Source: an uncultured Gammaproteobacteria bacterium (lineage in GTDB: Bacteria > Patescibacteriota > Microgenomatia > UBA8517 > JACQJR01). Taken from it: a stretch of 64,000 nucleotides of DNA. Every line of letters starts with the position of its first letter. Position 1 is the stretch's first letter. This document shows, piece by piece, positions 34,996 to 41,907 of this stretch. The DNA is taken from NCBI GenBank assembly GCA_964442455.1, contig CAYTZB010000001.1, positions 85,910-149,909 of the forward strand, read 5' to 3'. Under the pieces are notes generated by a model that searched no databases, was not told the origin of the DNA, and saw nothing but the letters and a program-made list of their open reading frames with translations. A program made the translations under genes and the position numbers.

Positions 34996-36351
34996 ATGGC
35001 AATAGAGAAACTTTTTTCAAGAATGAGGCAAGATGCCCTCGATAGCGCTTCTGGCCTTTCTGAAGAGCAAGCACATTTATTGCGTGAGGGAAAGGTAGAA
35101 GATGCTGAACAGAGAATGAACCAGGTGAAAATCGAGATAGCTAAAGCAAAAAAGGTTAATAGGATCGTTGCTGATATGTTGGATATTTTACGTGCAGCAG
35201 GTTTTGAACAACCTCCTGCTGAGTATCTTGAGCAAGTAGTAGCAAGAGAAGTATCAACTCCCGAACCCGTTTATGTAAAAGGGCAAAAATCGGGTCTTTT
35301 TAGTTTCCTCGCTCGATTATTTCCTTCAAAACAAGAACAAATATTTATTCCTGGACGACCCATTTCTCCTCTTAATCTTGTCGAAGAAGTTATGGGATCA
35401 AGACCAGTTGTAGAGGAGACAAGCGAAGAAGTGAAAGAGATTGGAGATATAGATAGAGAAGGAGAGGAAGTGGTAGCGGCAGTACCAACTCCTCCAATTG
35501 AAGCCAAAAGAGTGAGAGGTGATTTTGTGGAGCGCGAAGAAAAATTAGTATACGCAGCTCTTGCTGTTAATCCTAATAGAGATGGATTTCAATTTGAATC
35601 ATGGAGGAGTGTGTGGCGCCAGGCGTTTTCTGATGCCTTCGAGAATATTACCGATGAAAGAGAGCGTGACGATAAAGAAAAAAATTCGCAGATAGCCTCA
35701 TATTCTGCCCGCAGTGCTATTATTGTCAAACTTCAAAGAGTCAAAACTAATGCTCAGGACATTCCCCCTAAAGTAGCGAGTTTTCTTGAATGGGTTAAAA
35801 CTCAACCAGAATACGTTAATCTAAGTGTTGATGATATCTCCCTAATTATACAAAGACAAATAACCTTTGATGAAATTCGTCAAAAGGCAAGCCAAGCAGT
35901 AAATATCTTGCAAATAGAATCGCAACCCACAGAAGAGCAAGCGGTTTCTGGGGAACAAACTGAGTCAGTTCCACAACTGCCCTCGATTCAAGCATCAGAA
36001 AGCAGGGCAACAGAGCCACAAACGCTACAGTTAACAGGGCCAGAGCTTCACTTGCTTGCGCAGAAGTTACTTCAGGCAGCGCCAGCAGTATTAGAAAGAA
36101 CAGGAATAAGAATTCACACTGCAGATAGAGAAGAGATAGGTGGAATTATGGGGCGGCTCGCAAGTTCACCAGAAACTCTTCGTGCAAGCGAAACTTCTCT
36201 TGAAAGTCTCACACAGAAACTTGCTGCATATCTAAAAGACAAAGAAAAAGTATTTATGGAAAATGTCAGCAATGAGGATGCTCAGTATTTGATTACGTTT
36301 GTTGCGGGTATCAGTTCTGAAGACCTATTAAAAGAGTTTTTAAGTAGTTGA
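34996..36351 (+). CDS. hypothetical acidic protein (451 aa), co-located with the SNF2-sigma gene
   Basis: Long ORF rich in Glu and Gln. No recognised domain. Confidence 0.6.
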   Translation: MAIEKLFSRMRQDALDSASGLSEEQAHLLREGKVEDAEQRMNQVKIEIAKAKKVNRIVADMLDILRAAGFEQPPAEYLEQVVAREVSTPEPVYVKGQKSGLFSFLARLFPSKQEQIFIPGRPISPLNLVEEVMGSRPVVEETSEEVKEIGDIDREGEEVVAAVPTPPIEAKRVRGDFVEREEKLVYAALAVNPNRDGFQFESWRSVWRQAFSDAFENITDERERDDKEKNSQIASYSARSAIIVKLQRVKTNAQDIPPKVASFLEWVKTQPEYVNLSVDDISLIIQRQITFDEIRQKASQAVNILQIESQPTEEQAVSGEQTESVPQLPSIQASESRATEPQTLQLTGPELHLLAQKLLQAAPAVLERTGIRIHTADREEIGGIMGRLASSPETLRASETSLESLTQKLAAYLKDKEKVFMENVSNEDAQYLITFVAGISSEDLLKEFLSS

Positions 36352-36407
36352 CGCTTCTTTCCTCTCACCCAGAGATTCCCAGATGGCGATACGGCTCACT
36401 CGACCCC

Positions 36408-36436
36408 TTGACAACTCCTGAAAATTTATCCACAAT
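36408..36436 (+). promoter_or_regulatory. putative ftsZ promoter CCCCTTGACA, 17-nt spacer, CACAAT
   Basis: TTGACA at 36408-36413. The 17-nt spacer contains TGAAAATTTATC. The -10-like CACAAT is at 36431-36436. Confidence 0.4.
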
Positions 36437-36592
36437 AGGCCACAAGTGAAATTAACCTAATTAACCTAATTGCTCTAATTGATCTAAATTTTGAAGATTT
36501 GTAGTTTAAAAATTGGGATTTATTTAGAAATTAGAATAATTAGAAATAAGCAGAGCTTGTTTCTCGCAAGCTCGAAATTAGAAATTTTTAAA
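36437..36592. repeat. AT-rich intergenic repeat element B, copy 2 (upstream of ftsZ)
   Basis: Modules ATTAACCTAATTAACCTAATT, ATTGGGATTT and TTAGAAATTAGAATAATTAGAAAT are shared with 13795-13929. Confidence 0.5.
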
Positions 36593-37720
36593 ATGGCTCT
36601 TGTTAAACCAGATACCACGCGGTTGGCAAAAATTCGAGTAATTGGGGTTGGTGGCGGTGGGGGGAACGCAATTAACTCCATGATCTCCCAAGATAAGATT
36701 TCCGGAGTTGAGTTCATTGCCGTTAATACAGATGCACAAGTCCTTCTCTCAAACCTCGCGTCCACAAAAGTTCAAGTTGGTGAAAAATTGACGCGCGGGT
36801 TGGGTGTTGGGGGAAATCATGAGCTTGGGAAACAAGCAGCGGAGGAATCAAGAGAAAAAATTAAAGAACTGCTTCTTGACTCTGATATGGTATTTATTAC
36901 TGCAGGTATGGGTGGAGGGACTGGAACTGGGGCTGCACCGATTATTGCCGAGGTCGCGCGTGAGGTGGGGGCGTTGACGATTGCTATTGTTACCAAACCT
37001 TTTGCCTTTGAAGGTGCACGGCGCGCAGTAGTAGGAGAAGAGGGAATTGAAGCGCTTAAAGGAAAGGTTGATACGCTCATTATCATTCCCAATCAGCGGT
37101 TGATGGATGTCATTGACCGGAAGGTGACGCTACTTGATGCGTTCCGCCTGGCCGACTCGGTGCTCTCGCAAGGTGTACAAGGAATTTCTGAAATTATCAC
37201 CCAACCGGGACTTATTAACGTTGACTTTGCGGATGTAAAAGCAATTATGACCCAAGCAGGCTCAGCGCTTCTTGGCATTGGTACGGGAGTTGGTGAAGCG
37301 CGGGCACAAATGGCAGCACGGGCAGCAATTTCCTCTCCTCTTCTTGACTTATCAATCGAGGGTGCAAAGGGAGTGTTGTTTAATATCTCGGGTGGCCCGG
37401 ACTTGACTATGGCGGAGGTTGATGAGGCAGCGCGAATTATCGCCGAGCATTCCGATGCAGACGCAAACATTATTTTTGGTGCATCAATTGACCAACGGTT
37501 GTCCGATCAAGTACGTATTACAGTTATTGCGACCGGTTTTGATGAGGCGCGGGCACGACTTGCGCAAATAACCCAAACCGCAGTCAAACCTCAACCAACC
37601 CTTGAGTCGACAGAAGAGACTCGTGGGGAAAACGAGGAGGAAGAAAAGGCAGAAGAACCCAAGGATGATGAGTTTGGAGAACGCTTCGAAATACCAGCGT
37701 TTCTAAGACAGGGCCGCTAG
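36593..37720 (+). CDS. ftsZ: cell division protein FtsZ
   Basis: GGGGGNAIN tubulin signature, T7 loop, and the C-terminal conserved peptide DDEFGERFEIPAFLRQGR. Start ATG 36593 (MALVKPDTTRLAKIRVIGVGGGG). The longer caller ORF from 36491 is an upstream extension. Confidence 0.95.
   Translation: MALVKPDTTRLAKIRVIGVGGGGGNAINSMISQDKISGVEFIAVNTDAQVLLSNLASTKVQVGEKLTRGLGVGGNHELGKQAAEESREKIKELLLDSDMVFITAGMGGGTGTGAAPIIAEVAREVGALTIAIVTKPFAFEGARRAVVGEEGIEALKGKVDTLIIIPNQRLMDVIDRKVTLLDAFRLADSVLSQGVQGISEIITQPGLINVDFADVKAIMTQAGSALLGIGTGVGEARAQMAARAAISSPLLDLSIEGAKGVLFNISGGPDLTMAEVDEAARIIAEHSDADANIIFGASIDQRLSDQVRITVIATGFDEARARLAQITQTAVKPQPTLESTEETRGENEEEEKAEEPKDDEFGERFEIPAFLRQGR
37669..37707 (+). repeat. 39-bp direct repeat, left copy (ftsZ 3' coding end)
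   Basis: Identical to 40512-40550: TGAGTTTGGAGAACGCTTCGAAATACCAGCGTTTCTAAG. Confidence 0.9.
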
Positions 37721-37766
37721 CTTCTAGGATAAAACCTATAATATTTCTTCTACTCTTTAGTTGATA

Positions 37767-37775
37767 TGGTATACT
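37767..37775 (+). promoter_or_regulatory. extended -10 promoter TGgTATACT for the helicase gene (leaderless configuration)
   Basis: TGGTATACT lies 6 nt before ATG 37782. Confidence 0.35.
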
Positions 37776-37781
37776 ATCGGC

Positions 37782-40514
37782 ATGATTGCAACAACCGAAA
37801 GAGCTATACCAATAGGATTGACTGGCGATATCTCAAAGGATGGAATTCTTTCTCCAGGAACACAAATAGAGCTTGATCGTCTCCAAACTAATGCGGCTGA
37901 TGCTTGCATGGAATATCTAGATAGAATGGCACCAGATGCACCATTTCCTCTAGTTTTTATGGCAACTGGCGTCGGTAAGGGAAAAATTATTCACGAACTG
38001 ATTAAAAGGCAAAAAGCTCGAAAACAAGACTCGAAGATTTTGTTAGTTACAGGTACAAAAATTGTTTTAGTTGATCAGACTGATCAAGCTTTAACTGCTT
38101 ATCAGCAAGAACAAAATGATTTTGATATGGATGAGGATCTTGAACTGGACCAGATGGATTTTGAAAAAGAAGCGTTTGGAGAATACACATTTGATAAGTA
38201 TGGTAATCCGGATGTGGATGTTCAACTGGCAACAATTCAAAGAATTCAAAGGCAGCATAAAGAGGGGAAACTTAATGCGAATGATTTCGATCTACTAATA
38301 GTAGATGAAGTACATAATGTAGGAACCCAGAATAGGTTTAATGCAATTGATAACTTTCAAAGGGTTGTTGGTTTTACTGCTACTCCATATCGCTACACTG
38401 GCCCAATGAAAACACCACAAAGTTATGGATTTGAAATAATTACTTCGCTGTCCCTTCCCGAAGCACAAGAAAGGAAAATTCTTCCGCCTCTTTATGCACT
38501 GCAGATTAATACATCAGAATTACTAAAAGACGAACAAATACCTACCACGAGAACTGGAAAGATCGATTATTCGAAACTCGAGAAAGTTCTCAAGGCACAT
38601 CCGGAATTAAGGGAATTCATTGCGAATAGAGTTGCACCAATTATCAATTTTGAAGGGAGAAGTTATAAAACTGTTGTAACTGTTAACTTTGTGTGGGAAG
38701 CCCTGGAACTTGCCTGGTTATTTAGGGATAAAGGAATTAAGGTTGGTTTAGCAGTTAATCAATATGCCGCAAAGAATATTGATACCAAAGAAATACCAGC
38801 ATTGGACACGATTAGGAGATATAAACTGCCGGAAGGCGATCCAGAAAGCCTCCAGGTTTTAATTTCTCCTTATGTTATTTCGGAAGGTTTTGATGCTCCG
38901 GCAACAGAGATTTTAGTTTGGGCGTCTCCAACTGATTCATATCTGCGATACACGCAATATACTGGACGGCTGGCCAGAAGACATTTTGGTAAAGCTTATG
39001 GACTAGTTGTTGATTGTTTATACCAAACAAGCCAGTATGGTTGGACCTACAACTTTGCAATGTGGATGAAGGGATATGTACAAGAGTTAGAACCTGGACT
39101 TTTATATCTTGGCCCGATGTCAGAAATCAAAGATGTTGAAGTACTTAGACGCATACACGAGATTTCGGATAATATCCATATTCGTGAATTACAAAGGGAA
39201 GGAATACTACCTATTCAAGAAAACGACTTGCCGCTTTCACAAAATTGGATTCGACCTCTTTTCCAGGGAGATTGGCTTAGATTAACTTCTTTAATCGATG
39301 AGATTAAAGAAGAGTATAGAATCACTGGTGAGGAGGTATTTAATCAACTATTCACAACCAGGCTTAGTGGTAATCAACTTGTGCTCGTATGTACAAATAG
39401 AGATATTTTTATTCAACGGCTAATAGACAAAGGTGCTAAACCAAAGGTTGAAAAACCACGAGAGGGAGAGATTCCTTTGACTCAGATTAATCTACCCAAA
39501 CTCTTTGTTGGTAATTTTGAAGATACTTTGAGACCTATGCTTAATTCAATAATGGCGCGTATTAAAAATGAAGATCCAGAGGAATACCAGCGACTCTTTG
39601 CCAAACGAATGCAGGGTAGGGAAATCTATGTTTGCACAAATAAGGATAGACTTATTCAACTTATGGTTGAAGCTGGCGCAAAACTCAGGCCAGGGACTAA
39701 GGTAGCAAAAGAGAAAATGCAAACTAGCGATTTTGCTCTTACAGCAGATAATCTCGGAGAAACTTTTATTACTGGAAGAACAAAGAAGATAAGAGAAGTA
39801 ATAAGGAAAATAAAAGAAAGTTTGCCAGAAGGGGACTCTTTATTTACTTTTAGAGAATACAAGTATGCCGATGTTGAGGTAGTAACTGATTTCGATAGAT
39901 TTGTGCAATTAATGCTACAAACTGGAGTCAAACTCAGACCAAAAAATTTTATTCCAATTCAACCAAATGATATACAATTAAGTAGGGATTTATTAAAAAC
40001 ATTTTTAGGGCAATGGCGTGAAATTTCTACAACAGCGCAGCGAGCTAAAGAAAGACTTGAAAGACAATTCCCCGATGACTGTGATACTCTTTTTGTAGTT
40101 AGGACAACGAGAGTCCAAAATAAACCTCTTTGGATTGATGTATGTACAGACAGGTCTAAATTTATAAAAGCAATGGTAGAGGAAGGAGCTCGATTGAGAG
40201 ATCAGGCAGATATTAACCTTCTACCTATTCAAGAAAATGATATTGTTTTGAGCTTTGAATCTTTCTATTCGATTTCTACTACAAACTGGAGTAAATTAAA
40301 AGTTGTAATTAGACGAATTAAAGATAGGATAAAAGAGGAAATGCCAGAGGAATTCGAAAAGTTATTTGTAAAAAGGAAAAACCGTCGGGGGAAAAGTGAG
40401 GTCTGTACAGATAGAGGTTTATTTATTAAGTGGCTTGAAGAAGAGGGTGTTAAGCTAAGGCAAATTCCGCTAGTTGTGCGACATAGAAGTAGTAACTCTA
40501 ATCGTAACTCTTGA
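37782..40514 (+). CDS. superfamily-2 helicase (DEAH-type, restriction-enzyme-res/UvsW-like core) with five C-terminal tandem repeats of about 100 aa
   Basis: Motif I ATGVGKGK, motif II LLIVDEVHNV, motif III GFTATPY, and helicase-C EGFDAP and QYTGRLARR. The repeats each end with xTxR..FI..(L/M)...G(A/V)KLR. The start is ATG 37782 or the upstream TTG 37761. Confidence 0.8.
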   Translation: MIATTERAIPIGLTGDISKDGILSPGTQIELDRLQTNAADACMEYLDRMAPDAPFPLVFMATGVGKGKIIHELIKRQKARKQDSKILLVTGTKIVLVDQTDQALTAYQQEQNDFDMDEDLELDQMDFEKEAFGEYTFDKYGNPDVDVQLATIQRIQRQHKEGKLNANDFDLLIVDEVHNVGTQNRFNAIDNFQRVVGFTATPYRYTGPMKTPQSYGFEIITSLSLPEAQERKILPPLYALQINTSELLKDEQIPTTRTGKIDYSKLEKVLKAHPELREFIANRVAPIINFEGRSYKTVVTVNFVWEALELAWLFRDKGIKVGLAVNQYAAKNIDTKEIPALDTIRRYKLPEGDPESLQVLISPYVISEGFDAPATEILVWASPTDSYLRYTQYTGRLARRHFGKAYGLVVDCLYQTSQYGWTYNFAMWMKGYVQELEPGLLYLGPMSEIKDVEVLRRIHEISDNIHIRELQREGILPIQENDLPLSQNWIRPLFQGDWLRLTSLIDEIKEEYRITGEEVFNQLFTTRLSGNQLVLVCTNRDIFIQRLIDKGAKPKVEKPREGEIPLTQINLPKLFVGNFEDTLRPMLNSIMARIKNEDPEEYQRLFAKRMQGREIYVCTNKDRLIQLMVEAGAKLRPGTKVAKEKMQTSDFALTADNLGETFITGRTKKIREVIRKIKESLPEGDSLFTFREYKYADVEVVTDFDRFVQLMLQTGVKLRPKNFIPIQPNDIQLSRDLLKTFLGQWREISTTAQRAKERLERQFPDDCDTLFVVRTTRVQNKPLWIDVCTDRSKFIKAMVEEGARLRDQADINLLPIQENDIVLSFESFYSISTTNWSKLKVVIRRIKDRIKEEMPEEFEKLFVKRKNRRGKSEVCTDRGLFIKWLEEEGVKLRQIPLVVRHRSSNSNRNS

Positions 40515-40550
40515 GTTTGGAGAACGCTTCGAAATACCAGCGTTTCTAAG
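40512..40550 (+). repeat. 39-bp direct repeat, right copy (displaced remnant of the ftsZ 3' end encoding ..EFGERFEIPAFLRQGR*)
   Basis: Identical core. It is followed by AGGCAAGGAAGATGA, whereas ftsZ itself has AGACAGGGCCGCTAG. Both encode RQGR-stop. Confidence 0.9.
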
Positions 40551-40571
40551 GCAAGGAAGATGAGGGTAACA

Positions 40572-41147
40572 CTACCTTCTCGGGAGTATGATTGAAGTTG
40601 GCGGCTCAAGCGAAAGGTTTCCCATCTTCAAAAACATACACGCAAGTGCAAACCCATAATCATCTTTTAATGACTCGGGTACTGTTAATGCTTCTCTGAA
40701 TCTGCGTGGCCATAATACCTTTATTACTCTCTCCCCGTTTTCTCGCTTGGAACTTTCAAGACCGGCTACGACTTCTACATGAGGCAAAAGCGACAAGATA
40801 AGTTGTCGAGCCAACGGATCGCGAGTGTTAGGGAATGGTTGTCTCGGAAGTGATTCAATAATCCCATTAACCAGATTAAGTTCTTGTTTCACTTCTTCTT
40901 GTGTGGTTGCGGTGAAATCAAATTCCATAAAACGGATAGTCCCTGAAATTTCATCAAAATAGACGATATAGACACTCTGTAGATGTCTTGTCTGGTCAGG
41001 TCCTATTTGTGCTCGGGTAGGTCGGACAATTCTATGACGGAATTCTTCTGACATGTAGAGTTGTTCAAGAAGATCTGCAACACGTGCCTGATCGCTTGAT
41101 TTAAGCTGTTCTATTATTGGGGCAATACCAGTACGTTCCTGCCGCAT
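40572..41147 (-). CDS. hypothetical protein (191 aa)
   Basis: ORF with no recognised domain. Confidence 0.5.
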   Translation of the reverse strand: MRQERTGIAPIIEQLKSSDQARVADLLEQLYMSEEFRHRIVRPTRAQIGPDQTRHLQSVYIVYFDEISGTIRFMEFDFTATTQEEVKQELNLVNGIIESLPRQPFPNTRDPLARQLILSLLPHVEVVAGLESSKRENGERVIKVLWPRRFREALTVPESLKDDYGFALACMFLKMGNLSLEPPTSIILPRR

Positions 41148-41229
41148 ATAGGGTGTCAGTATAGCACTTGCCCGATACCTCCTTCAATTTCTGTCCGAGT
41201 TTTAGTATAATACCTCGAGAAGAACAAGT

Positions 41230-41883
41230 ATGAGACCAGAACAGGGAAGGGGTATTACTCCTTCACAAATTATTACACAAGCAGAGATGACGACGTTGCT
41301 ATCCGAGAGAAGTGGACATCCCTTTTCTCTGTTGCGAACGCGTGCACTCGCACTTAATTATGTCGGGAGGGAAGCGGTTAATTCGGTATTAGATAGGTTG
41401 GGCACAAGAGGGAATATAATTGCAGCAATTTCACCAGATACTCGTTTCTATGCACGGCGATTACAAGGAACACAACAAGAGCAGATATTTGACGAAGGAG
41501 TTGGGTGTATTATTCTTGGAACAACCATTCTTTCTCTTGAAGATGCTATTTTAGACTGGGAGTGGAAGGACAAACTGCTTGAGGATAATTTCAACCGCGT
41601 GGTTAGTGGTACTCCTCTGCCAAAACTGCCTTTAGAAGCGATTGTCCGAAAAACTCCGGCAAATAAAAGAGATATATCTCCCAAACAAGTCTTCGATCGG
41701 ATATTACGGGAGGCGGCGCGCGATACAAGTTTTCAAGGATTTTTTACGTCCGAAGGCATGGAAGTTAACCCTCCGGCGGTGGTTAGTACGTTCCTTCGTG
41801 CGAATGAACGGTCAGTCAGAGCAGCATTACTTCTCTATCGTGAAGTCGTTGCTGCGGGTTTAAAGCAGCATCTTCAATTTTGA
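41230..41883 (+). CDS. hypothetical protein (217 aa)
   Basis: ORF with a TATAAT at 41208-41213 upstream. Confidence 0.5.
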   Translation: MRPEQGRGITPSQIITQAEMTTLLSERSGHPFSLLRTRALALNYVGREAVNSVLDRLGTRGNIIAAISPDTRFYARRLQGTQQEQIFDEGVGCIILGTTILSLEDAILDWEWKDKLLEDNFNRVVSGTPLPKLPLEAIVRKTPANKRDISPKQVFDRILREAARDTSFQGFFTSEGMEVNPPAVVSTFLRANERSVRAALLLYREVVAAGLKQHLQF

Positions 41884-41907
41884 TTCCTTTTTATGTACAA
41901 TTGAGGC

